Positions 37,691-49,940 of a DNA stretch of 64,000 bases are shown here, in pieces. The position numbers were made by a program, and so were the translations under genes. A model generated the notes under the pieces. The model had not been told where the DNA came from, did not search any database, and saw only the letters and a list, made by a program, of their open reading frames with translations. The DNA comes from Octopus bimaculoides (Eukaryota): NCBI RefSeq assembly GCF_001194135.2, contig NC_068990.1:80796390-80860389 (forward strand). The letters are read 5' to 3'. Within the stretch, counting starts at the first letter, position 1, and each line of letters begins with the position of its first letter.

Positions 37691-40600
37691 CTTTCTACTA
37701 TAGGGACAAGACTTATAACGTATATTTTTTTAATATAATTTAGACACACGATATCTCATATGATATAATCTATTGACTTAGAAGTCTGGATAAATTATGC
37801 TTCTCTCTAACAGATGGTACGCACAAAACGTACATTCTAAAAGTCATTTAAAATAAACATGTAATAATCATTTGGTTGATATAATAATCAATCAGTTGTG
37901 ATTGCGGATATAATTTTCAGAGGTCACGTGACCTTGGATTACAAAGAAGACACCTTCGTTATTTTGCCGGCATGATATGATACCCACTGCCAAACAGACA
38001 AGGTTAACATCTCTCAGCGTATCTATATTCATAAAATGTTCATCGCTCGGATATCAGATTTCTAGATTTAACACTGGTTTGCTAACACCTAAGATACATT
38101 GATTTTTCTTTGGTCCGGATAATTCAGTTTCAAAATCAATACAAGACGTGTTGGCTACAGATACTTTCATGATGCAATTGATCAAGAAATCTTAGATTTG
38201 CAGGCTTTATTTTATTCTCTTGACTACGTAATCTACACAGTTTCCACTTCACGATTTAACACGTTAAAACCATTTATAATTGCTATTTTCCTTAGAGTTA
38301 TTTCTCCTCATATGTTTTTATTATCAATTTTGAGTAGATTCATACTGAGGAAATCATTAGATTTGTGAGGCGTATTGCCATTAAGAAGACAGATAGCTCT
38401 TGATCACATTGTCATGCGATACACGTGAGAATTCAACAATATCTATTCATTTTCAAAGAACTCCGTTCTATATTGATACCAGAGAAAATTAATACCCATC
38501 TACGAGTGTATTTATGTATGTATAAGTGTATCTACGTGTGTACATGTATGTGTATATGCTATATTGTACCTAAGAACTTAAAGCACTTTATCTTTTGAAG
38601 TAGAAATGAAACTAACCAACAATATTCTGTGTCATGTATGACAATCAACACAGCACTATGTCTATAAAACAAACACTCTGATAGATCAGTCATTCAGTCC
38701 GCCCACGTATGAATAGATATAATGCATATGTGAAGAGTTTAACGTTAGAAAATAACGAGAAGATTGTGTAATAACTGAGTGATTTACTACATTGCTGTGG
38801 TAAATTTAAAATCTTTTATTTGTAACATTAGTTGAACTAGTGTTTAATCCAGGGACAGTGATATCTTTCAACTATTTAGCTCTTTGAAGAAGGATATATA
38901 TACTTTTCCCCATTTGATGATATCTTCCAGGATAATAAATAATACTGAACACCTTATATAACCTAATACTGTACGATCATTATTTTGGATACGATAATAA
39001 AATAGAGAAAATGTTACAACAATCATTGTTTGCACGCATTCAGTATACAGTGTCGTTCAATGATTGAAACAAAGAAAATACATAGTCATCTAGTTTTAGT
39101 TACCGTGCCAAGTCTAAGGAAGATGGAAGTGTTGCAGGCTGAATTAATCAGAAGGGTACTGATTCAAGGGAGGAGTGATTCTATAGAACATATCCACCAG
39201 AACACGGTATTTCCTACAAAATTTAAAACAGGAAATGAACAGTCTTCTCTAATAGATTTTTTACTATTAGCGTAAGTGTAACTATGCATTGAATTGTTCT
39301 CTTCAATAGATGTAGCTCACTCGAATCTATTAATTGCCAGTTTCCTCAGCCGACTTGAATGGTTTTGTTCTGGTTTGACATTATCTGTCTATGTCAGTAA
39401 CAGTAGATTCTCGCTAAATGTCATTGCCGCCGCCACAGATGTCACTGTAGTTTGCTTTGCAGGCCGCTACCGTCCCTGCGCTGCGGTATGTTTACTCATT
39501 TAGTACTTTTTTTTCTCTTATGTTGATCACGAAACACGCAACGTCTCTACGCAGCAAAGTAACATCATGCACTATATAAAGCCAGACAGACCTAAGTAAA
39601 CTCACAGCCTGATGACAGCTATTTAGCGGAGACTTCTGAAACACTGCCAACTTTTGTAAAGATTAATAGATATGTCCTTCACTAAAATATATTAAATGAC
39701 GCTTCTCCTCGTCAATATTAGATCATTTTTATATATAAGGTTACACACATATGCATACACACTCATACACACATATTTATACATACATGCATATATATAT
39801 ATATATATATANNNNNNNNNNNNNNNNNNNNNNNNNNNNNNNNNNNNNNNNNNNNNNNNNNNNNNNNNNNNNNNNNNNNNNNNNNNNNNNNNNNNNNNNN
39901 NNNNNNNNNNNNNNNNNNNNNNNNNNNNNNNNNNNNNNNNNNNNNNNNNNNNNNNNNNNNNNNNNNNNNNNNNNNNNNNNNNNNNNNNNNNNNNNNNNNN
40001 NNNNNNNNNNNNNNNNNNNNNNNNNNNNNNNNNNNNNNNNNNNNNNNNNNNNNNNNNNNNNNNNNNNNNNNNNNNNNNNNNNNNNNNNNNNNNNNNNNNN
40101 NNNNNNNNNNNNNNNNNNNNNNNNNNNNNNNNNNNNNNNNNNNNNNNNNNNNNNNNNNNNNNNNNNNNNNNNNNNNNNNNNNNNNNNNNNNNNNNNNNNN
40201 NNNNNNNNNNNNNNNNNNNNNNNNNNNNNNNNNNNNNNNNNNNNNNNNNNNNNNNNNNNNNNNNNNNNNNNNNNNNNNNNNNNNNNNNNNNNNNNNNNNN
40301 NNNNNNNNNNNNNNNNNNNNNNNNNNNNNNNNNNNNNNNNNNNNNNNNNNNNNNNNNNNNNNNNNNNNNNNNNNNNNNNNNNNNNNNNNNNNNNNNNNNN
40401 NNNNNNNNNNNNNNNATATATGCGTGTGTGTGCGTGTATATATATGTATATCAATGTATAATGTTGATCTATATTTCTAGTCAATTAAAATGATAAATAG
40501 TGTAAGGCTACAGCCAGCGTTATCATACATAATGTTTGGGGTAATAAAAATAAAAAGGAAACCAGAACAAAATAGAGAAATATAGTACTAATCGATGACA

Positions 40601-42204
40601 TATTTCCCCCCAGGAAGTACGAGAAACAGCATTGGCAAGAATTTGTTCTGTTAAAATATCAGCGAATCATCTACAATATATAAGAACATTTACTTACTAG
40701 AACAAGAATGTATATTTAATTATTTCAGATTGTATAATATTCAGACGCCACACTCAATAGAAACATTTAAGTAGGTTAGTGCCAATATATTTTATTAAGA
40801 AGAAATAAAAAAGACACGATAAATAGAAGCTTATCTGTGGTGGCAGGAAAAGAGACTATTTAGTAGTCAATCGCATAAAAAATCATCATTAATTTTTCTT
40901 CTCTCAGTAAGTAAATTCAGTTGTGTTTCTCTTTTTTTTATTTTTCCTGGTTACAGTTAAATAATTGTGTCTTACAAGCTCTCTTGTATGCACATGGAGC
41001 GATAAAGTATTACGCAGAAGATAGAACAATGGCTTGCTACAACATGGACGGCTGGGAATACTCCGAACTATGAATTGGAACCGAAACTAGGTAATTCAAG
41101 ACAAACAATGAGTAAATGATGTGATCGCAGAATACCCACAGGAATAATTCTGTTGAGCTAGACACCATACAAACTTCATAGACAATTATAAAATCTGTGT
41201 AGTCATCAAGATGCAGGATCTGTTTCGAGTTAATTTCTGTTCGATTAACTGCTATAACTGAAAGTCCCCCACCTGTCCGTTGGAGTGAATCTCAATGACC
41301 ATCTCCCTTATGCAATTTCGTGACAAGCTAATTAATCCATAGCTAAAGCCCTGACTGGTGTTTCTACTCCGGACCGGGTCAGAGTAAACTTGAAAACAGT
41401 ATTGGCTAAAAGGTGACTCCACAGTCTTACAAATACCGGAAGTGCCGAACGTGGGTCACACCAGTGGAAGCAATCTAAGTCATACAACGAAAAAATTTCT
41501 CCCTTACTTTCTCTCTCTCTAACTTCCTCTATCTGAATATCTATGTCTCTTATTATATATGTATGTATGTATAGACTTCTATGGAGCCTTTACGAGATGG
41601 CTGGAGTGCTATAAGTGCATTGAAGTCAGAACGTCTTTTGAAATTAATAAATATTTCCCTTGAAAAAACCCTCAAAACTTATGGAATGTACTTTGTATTC
41701 ATATATATGATATATAATTTAAATCATGTGGATCTGTGTGGAACTGTTATAAAAATATAAGAAACTCTTACGAAATATGTTAATTGAAACTTTCGTGTGA
41801 TCACTCACTCGTATACGTTTATATACACTCATATATATATACATAGCCGTCTCTCTCTCCTTCTCTCCATGCACACACTGTTATATATACATATGCTGTT
41901 AAATTTGTTGTAGTTTCCATTTCTATTCCTCCTAAATCTTTCTCTTCATTGCAATTGATATATGGCCTATCACGAGGCTTTTCGTCCTCTTGTATTCCTT
42001 GCACTGTGATATTATTTTTATTTCATAGGTTCGTATTGATTCGTCTCATTTTCTACATCTGTTCTATCACGTGTCTTTTCTCATTTCAAACACTTTTTCT
42101 TCTTCATACCTCATACTTATGTTTGTTCATTTGTTTTAAACATACACATACAGAGACTCAAACACAGATATATGCATATACATACGTACATACATACTAC
42201 ATAC

Positions 42205-42240
<36 letters not shown>

Positions 42241-42241
<1 letters not shown>

Positions 42242-42425
42242 AGGGGTGAATTCACAAAAAAAAAACAAAAGACGAAGACAGGTGGTGTAGGCAACAAACA
42301 AATGTATTAGTTTAACGCTCGGGAAGTCAAAATGTCTTTAATGTTTCGAGCCTACGCTCTTCCACTGAAAGGAACACAGAAAGAAACAAGGAGAGAAAAA
42401 AATGAATGTGTAGTGGCTAGCGATA
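42241..42425 (-). mobile_element. Probable Penelope-like terminal repeat (pLTR) segment
   Basis: Minus strand gaagagcgtaggctcgaaac (4-bp stem followed by GAAAC) is a motif typical of PLE termini. Assigned from recall. Confidence 0.45.
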
Positions 42426-42429
42426 TATC

Positions 42430-42465
<36 letters not shown>

Positions 42466-42500
42466 CTCTCTCTCACACACACACCCTCTCTCTCTATATA

Positions 42501-42894
42501 TATTCTTTTATTCTTTTCTGTTTTATTGTTTCAGTTATTTGATAGCGGCCATGCTGGAGCACCGCTTTTATTCGAGCAAATCGACCCCAGGACTTATTCT
42601 TTGTAAGCTTAGCATTTATTCTATCGGTGTCTTTTGCCGAACCGCTAGGTTACGGGGATATAAACACAAGAGCATAGGTTGCCAAGCGATGTTGGTGAGA
42701 GTGGGACAAACACAGACACATACACACACACATACATATATATATATATGACGGGTTTCATTCAATTTCCGTCTACCAAATCCACTCACAAGGCTATAGT
42801 AGAAGCCACTTGCCCAAGGTCCCACGCAGTGTGACTGAACCCGAAACCATGTGATTGGCAAGTAAGCTACTTAGCATACAGCCACTCTTGCGCC
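42501..42894 (-). mobile_element. SINE family 2, full length
   Basis: Head ggcgcaagagtggctgtatgctaagtagc with B-box gggttcagtc, internal (TA)/(TG) repeats, 3' domain and (aaaagaat)n tail. Confidence 0.9.
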
Positions 42895-42935
42895 TTTAGG
42901 CAAACACACACGCACAAATACAACACATACATTGA

Positions 42936-42967
<32 letters not shown>

Positions 42968-43847
42968 CTACTACTACTATTCATGATATTATTATGTTCT
43001 TGTTTTTTGTTCATTTTTTTTACGAAGAAACATGTGAAAGGATTCAGCAGACACCAAAGTTTCAGCTTCACTAATCTCAGTAGATTAAATGGTAGAAACT
43101 AAAAATATTGGTTGTTGCTTTTGAGATATTAAAAAAAAACACAAAAACACACAAGAAAAAAAACCATATATTCTTCAGCTGTACAACTTTCCACATATTT
43201 TAAGAAAACTAATAATATTCAATGTTGTATATATTTAAAATTTTGCAATTCCTCAAATTTACAGTGTTGCAATATACATTTTATAATTTTATCTAATTTT
43301 CACCATTATATTTTCCATGTTTACCGAGTGTTACTCTCTATCTGTCGTTAATTTACTTTATTCAGCAGTATACAATTTTAGGTACCCAAAAAACACAAAC
43401 ACACGCTATATGGCTGTATATGTACATACATACATAAACAGATACATACGCATGTTTGTGTGTGTGTGTGTGTGTGCGCGCGTCTAATGGGTAGTTGGTA
43501 GCTGTTTATGGTTAGGGTGTGAGTTCTGCGATTTTATTTTCGCGATAGGTATAGCGTTTCTGTTTCCTTGATGGTGAAAGAGTAGAGTAGATCACCACAT
43601 CGAAAGGAACTTTTGAGATCTCTGTTCAAAGAATGAGGATATGCTTGTTGCGTGGTGTCTAAATAGTTTGCGAGGAGATGGTGAATATATATATATACAA
43701 TGGAAAAGGAAAACTGAATGAGATGATTACCTTAGGCTGTAGGAAGAAAAGGGAATACCCAACAATGGATCATGGAAATCATTTGACAATTAAAGTACTG
43801 AATACTCTCTCCCCTCTCTCTCTCTCCCTGTATACATATATTATAAT

Positions 43848-44060
43848 GTGGGCGGTTTATGGGGTTACCCTGGGTTCCTCGTTCATAAGGGGTTTGGCCT
43901 TATGGCGTATCTTCACATCCCAAACGCTGCTAGCTTAAGCCCTCTTCAAAATATGGAGGGGGGTCTTAGGCCAGCGATGTTTGGGGTCCGAAGATACGTC
44001 ATAAGGCCAAACCTCTTATGAGCGAGAATCCCAGGGTAACCCCACAAATCGGCCTCCCCC
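43848..44060. mobile_element. Fold-back MITE with about 100-bp imperfect TIRs and an 8-bp TSD
   Basis: The left and right arms are reverse complements (e.g. tggggttaccctggg/cccagggtaacccca and ggtttggccttatg/cataaggccaaacc). attataat occurs at both 43840-43847 and 44061-44068. Confidence 0.85.
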
Positions 44061-44411
44061 ATTATAATATCAGCTGCTCTACATCTTAGAGTGTGCTTCC
44101 TCGGATTTTTTGTATTTCTACAAACGATATATATATATTTGATGTAGTTTTAATAGTAATAAAATACACCAACCATGCCAAGTTACATTCAACTACAGCA
44201 ATATCAATGCAAGATGAAGAGAAAATATTTAAAGGCACCTCTGTACCGATAATAAGATGAATCTCTACAGGAGACTTATTATATATTCTCTTTCTTTTCG
44301 TAAGTATGATCGCATACTTAACAAATCTGCGGCACAAAACCAGCAATGACAAGAGATCTTATGGTCAGACTATAAACCATGGCCTCTGAATGAATGGTTT
44401 ATAAATATATA

Positions 44412-44543
44412 GTTTCAAATTTTGGCACAAGGCCAGCAATTGCAGAGAGGAGGGGCTAAATCGAGTACAACGAACCCAGTACTCAACTGGTTTTAATTTT
44501 ATCGAAAGGATGAAAAGCGAAATCGACCTTGGCGGAATTTGAA
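44412..44543 (-). mobile_element. SINE family 1, 5'-truncated, tail type A
   Basis: tttcaaattttggcacaaggccagcaatt..gaaaggatgaaaagc..gaccttggcggaatttgaa. Confidence 0.8.
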
Positions 44544-45729
44544 TGACTTATAAATATTGACAAGTGCTAATATTCAATTAGGGACATCCACTGAAGAATT
44601 ATACATGAAAAAAAGATAAGATATAAAAATTAGTGCGAAATGAGAAAACATATGTCAATTATCCTTTTGGAAGAGGCAATATTGCTAGAACCGGGAACAT
44701 TATATAAGACAAAAATATTTAATTCAATAAATTAGGTCAGAACTTTTCTCACAAAACTTAGCGAAAAATGAGGAGATAATTTTTTGTCACATTCATACTT
44801 AAAGCTGAACTCAATGAAGTGACTGTCAATTATATAAATGTAAGCTACTTATAAAAAGGCTAGTCACCTCATTTATAAACAAGACATTTAAGAGAATCAA
44901 CAGATTATGTAAATTTAAGAATTTCTTCAGAAAAACATAACGAAGAAGCCACTATCATTGTTGCAAAACCAGTACACTTATGATATGACAAACGTAGATT
45001 ATACCTACCTTATTCAATACAGATACCAACAACTAACATACATATAATAATACTACAAAACAACAGTAAGACAAGAAAATAGAAATAATCAATTGTAAAC
45101 TAACGTATTAAACAATGAATCTTATACACAAATCATTCTTTGTCTGTATGTGTAGAAATTATAAAATACAAATTGCAGACTAAGTGAACCAAAGAAAAGA
45201 ATTTAAGGAAGGATCAACCAACCAAAAACAAGGTAAAAGAAATGAAAAGCAAAATTAAGATGATAATCTAAAAAATACTCCGAAGAAAAATCGCTTGTAC
45301 CTCGAGATATCAAAATATACCGAAGGGGAAAAATACAGTGTGATTTATTTTGAAAATACGGCAGAAAGGAAATAATCATAATCCAACAATATCTCAAAAA
45401 CGTTAAATAGAATAACAGATCTGAATTTAGCTGCACCCGCGAAGGACATAGTTCTGAGAACAAACATGAAAACAAAATACTTTTATAAAAGATGTTAACA
45501 TCTATTGCAGAGAAGACCACCGATGCCGTTCTTTCGGGTATAATCGAGTAGATTCAAAGATGTACTGGTGTCAGCCGGCATATAACAGTCACATGGTCGT
45601 ATTCATGCCAATCACGAATATCTAGACTGACAAGGAGACAAAAGAAAATCTTCTGACTATAAGGGTTGTCTAAAAAATAATGTTATTTTTGCCATAGCTT
45701 CCTTTGTAACTGATATAAGTCGTTTTTAA

Positions 45730-46610
45730 AGTGCAAAATTTTGACAGAGTAATTTTCCTCAATACAAAAGTAGAATTCAACTGATTCTCATCGACCTCCT
45801 TCAGATTGTCTGTCATTGAATTTTTGACCCCGAAGTCTGTTCTTCACGTGAATGTCGATGGCAGGGGCCACATCCAGGTTGTATAGTGAATGAGAAACCC
45901 CTGATCTAATTCATTTTACCAATTGCCTGAGTTGTAATGAAGATGTGTATAGTCAAGTATTGTCATAGTGAATGTGAATCGTTTTCAGATCCTTGTCTAG
46001 TAATTTCTCTAAACAGTATTGTGTCTTTTTCAAAGCATAACTACGCTCTATGTTTATTACTTCTCTCAACATAGTTATGCTCCAGAAAATGAAGGAGATT
46101 GATTTTATTGCGATCCCACCAAACAGTCACCATATTGGTGTGTGTCGATTATCAGATCTTCAACTTCTTGGACCATGAAAAAGAGGTGTAACACCATTCG
46201 AACGAGTCATTGTTATCGGATCATAAAAATACAATCAGATCCGAAAGAATATGTCTTCACTATCTTTAAGCACTCCCAGCAGATCAGAACACGTCTCCAG
46301 CCCCATCCCCACTTTTTAAATGGTTGTCAACTGCTGAGTTACCCAATTTGTTTATATTTCCTGGTACCCAAATTTTTGCGACGATCCTCTATAAGAGATT
46401 GTGACACGTTGTAGTTATACAGCAAGTTCACAGACTGACTCGAGTCTTCACTGCCTTCTCAATCATTAGTGTTGATTACCACTCGTGTACCTTGCTCCTT
46501 TCTGTGGTGTCTTCCCCGAAGTGAACCTACAGTTTCTGGATGCCATCCTGCATGTACCCCTCCATTTTCAAGAGTTCAATGATGATGTTGCTTTAGCTTG
46601 GAACCTATTG
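45730..46610 (-). mobile_element. Near full-length decayed mariner transposase
   Basis: SKVHEW (HTH), KIWVP (WVP motif), LYFYDP, MVTVWWDRN, HYDNT (HDNA), LYNLDVAP (YSPDLAP) and KNRLRGQKF occur in order, with many stops. Confidence 0.8.
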
Positions 46611-48853
46611 TGCACCTAAAATAAGAAATAAGAGAAAGAAAATATTTCTATAGAAGAGTTAGTTTACAAACATGTGAAACTGGAATGAACTATGCCTATT
46701 AATATAAACATTATGCACCAATTTTGCATTAAAATCGGGACGGCTCTCGTATGATATTCAAGTTTAAAGCGAAGATGCCTATTAGATAGTAATCCCTCCG
46801 AAAGAAGGTAGGAAGTCAATATAATATAATGACATGATTTGAAATATAAAAGATGAGACGCATGATATGAAAACAAAATAGTATTAGGTATGATAAGCAA
46901 AATAAATCAGAACAAAGGCATACACAGAAAATATGAATTCAGAACGTTACAGTAAAAATGATAACACTGTTGGGCACGGATTACAAAACACGCTTACGTC
47001 ATTAACACTATAAAAAGTAAGTTTCCCTACACTGCACGCATACCCTATTCAATAAATCCAATAACCATCTAATGAAATAGCACAACTTCACCAGACATTT
47101 GTTTCAAAAGAAGTCGTGAGTAAACATTGTAAGGCGACACATATTTTACACAATAAAATGAAATAACAAGGCATTGTGTAATGGATAGCTATAATATAAA
47201 AGTTCGCACAATAAACTTTCCAAAGAATTGCAGTCTATACAGCATGCATTCTATGCAATTACACCTTGTCCTAAATCGCATCGCACTTAACTCACAGCGC
47301 ATTTCAAGTATAAATACAAACCCCCACCAAAACAATAATAACTCACATTGAATATACTTCTCCCAACAGATAAAACACTCAAAATCTACCGAAGAAAACG
47401 TACCAAATACTATAGCTAAGCAAAACTGTTGTAACATAACAAGTACTACTCTAGATTGACAAAACTAATGCTAAGCATATCTCGGGATCATAGACATGCA
47501 TCTGTTTATTAGGAACTATCACAGAGTTGCTGGAAAAAAAACGATGAAAACAGTATTTAAATAACATTTCGAAATCTAAATAGAACCAATATATCATCGG
47601 TATATTCCATATGACACTTCATAAGCTTGTTTTGCCTGGAATTGTCTCAAAGTTCTTCTACACTAAAATCCAGTCGATTTGTATATTAAATTTACGGTAC
47701 ATACAACACATTAAAATTGAATGTCATAGATATAAATGTACTTAAATTTCTTGCCTTTGACTCCAAATTGGTTTACTGAGGAGATTGGAATACAATTATG
47801 ATATATGAAATTGAATGAATGTAAGATTCCATGGTCTAAATTTCCCAGCACTAATATCAAACACACGGAGGAGATGTGACTCAATATATAAATATATATA
47901 TGATACACATTTAGGAGAATTGTGAAAAAAGGGCTGTTTTTATCAGCAGAGCGAGAGGATTCTCTGTGTTAATGAAAATCATATTCCTAGTTTAGTTTGT
48001 CAATTATTTAACAAGGGACAAACACTGTATGCATGAAATAAATAGTGAATACAGATAGGAATTGTTGGTTTATATTTGTACTGTCATACGTTGTGGTTAC
48101 AACCAAAATACGAAACTATGCCACGAATTCGTCTTTATGCTTTAGCTCTTACCATAACAAGGTAAAAATAACGCTGAAAAGCATTTTAGCAACAAAAACG
48201 AAAAGAGATAGATTGCTTTATATTGGAAAGAATAGAAAGAAAAAAGCGGAATGACATCATTTTCATATAGTCTGAGTTCTGTATTGATAAAGAACACAAT
48301 GAGTTAAAAGAACAATGGAAAGTGCCAAATTTGAATAGAAAGCGATAAGCTGTGGTATGAGAGAAATCATAAAAGCTGATTGTTACTGTATTGGAATACA
48401 TTTCATTGCTGATTACATTAAGTGGTAAGCCAGAAGTTATAATAATCATATACAACAGATTTTCTCTCTCATACAATAGATTTCAAATTATTTTCTAGTG
48501 ATTATTATTTGATACAAAATGGTGGAATCAAAGTATTGCTAGTTTAGCAGACAGCAATGGAAAGAATATGTTGAGTCATGAAGTATCCTTATGGATTTTC
48601 TATGTTCATAAGTCCTGCAAGACCGACAGATGGACGAGATGATAAGGTTTCAGACTTGCGAAGTAATCTTCACTAGCTCATCCTATATTATCTATTTCAC
48701 ACATACATATACTCTTACGCGCGTACAACCTGCGTAGAAACACACACACATACACACACACACACAAGCAGACACACACACGACACACATATATTATTCA
48801 TGGCGGTGGTGCCTGAGTATGGCTGCAGGTTTCAAGCTCAAACTACTACAAGA

Positions 48854-48896
<43 letters not shown>

Positions 48897-49606
48897 NNNN
48901 NNNNNNNNNNNNNNNNNNNNNNNNNNNNNNNNNNNNNNNNNNNNNNNNNNNNNNNNNNNNNNNNNNNNNNNNNNNNNNNNNNNNNNNNNNNNNNNNNNNN
49001 NNNNNNNNNNNNNNNNNNNNNNNNNNNNNNNNNNNNNNNNNNNNNNNNNNNNNNNNNNNNNNNNNNNNNNNNNNNNNNNNNNNNNNNNNNNNNNNNNNNN
49101 NNNNNNNNNNNNNNNNNNNNNNNNNNNNNNNNNNNNNNNNNNNNNNNNNNNNNNNNNNNNNNNNNNNNNNNNNNNNNNNNNNNNNNNNNNNNNNNNNNNN
49201 NNNNNNNNNNNNNNNNNNNNNNNNNNNNNNNNNNNNNNNNNNNNNNNNNNNNNNNNNNNNNNNNNNNNNNNNNNNNNNNNNNNNNNNNNNNNNNNNNNNN
49301 NNNNNNNNNNNNNNNNNNNNNNNNNNNNNNNNNNNNNNNNNNNNNNNNNNNNNNNNNNNNNNNNNNNNNNNNNNNNNNNNNNNNNNNNNNNNNNNNNNNN
49401 NNNNNNNNNNNNNNNNNNNNNNNNNNNNNNNNNNNNNNNNNNNNNNNNNNNNNNNNNNNNNNNNNNNNNNNNNNNNNNNNNNNNNNNNNNNNNNNNNNNN
49501 NNNNNNNNNNNNNNNNNNNNNNNNNNNNNNNNNNNNNNNNNNNNNNNNNNNNNNNNNNNNNNNNNNNNNNNNNNNNNNNNNNNNNNNNNNNNNNNNNNNN
49601 NNNNNN

Positions 49607-49940
49607 ACTTAATTTATCGGCCCCGAAAGGATGAAAAGCAAATTCTACCTCGGTAGAATTTGAACTCAGAACGTAAAGACAGACGAAATACCGCTAAGCA
49701 TTTCGCCCGGCGTGCTAATGTTTCTTATTTCTTTACTGCACTGAAGGGACTACACAAAGAGGGGACAAACAAGGACAGACAAACAGATTAAATCGATTAT
49801 ATCGACCCCAGTGCGTAACTGGTACTTATTTAATCGACCCCGAAAGGATGAAAGGCAAAGTCGACCTAGGCGGAATTCGAACTCAGAACGTAGCGGCAGA
49901 TGAAATACCGCTAAGCATTTCACCCGGCATGTTAACGCCT
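49607..49940 (-). mobile_element. SINE family 1 head-to-tail dimer
   Basis: Copy 49607-49725 (tail in the gap) is joined at tttct to copy 49726-49940 (tail type B). Confidence 0.9.

Noticed and set aside
45560-45632. Strong minus-strand acceptor followed by LDIRDWHEYDHVTVICRLTPVHL*
   Set aside because: It has an early stop, no good donor, and lies just downstream of a mariner remnant.
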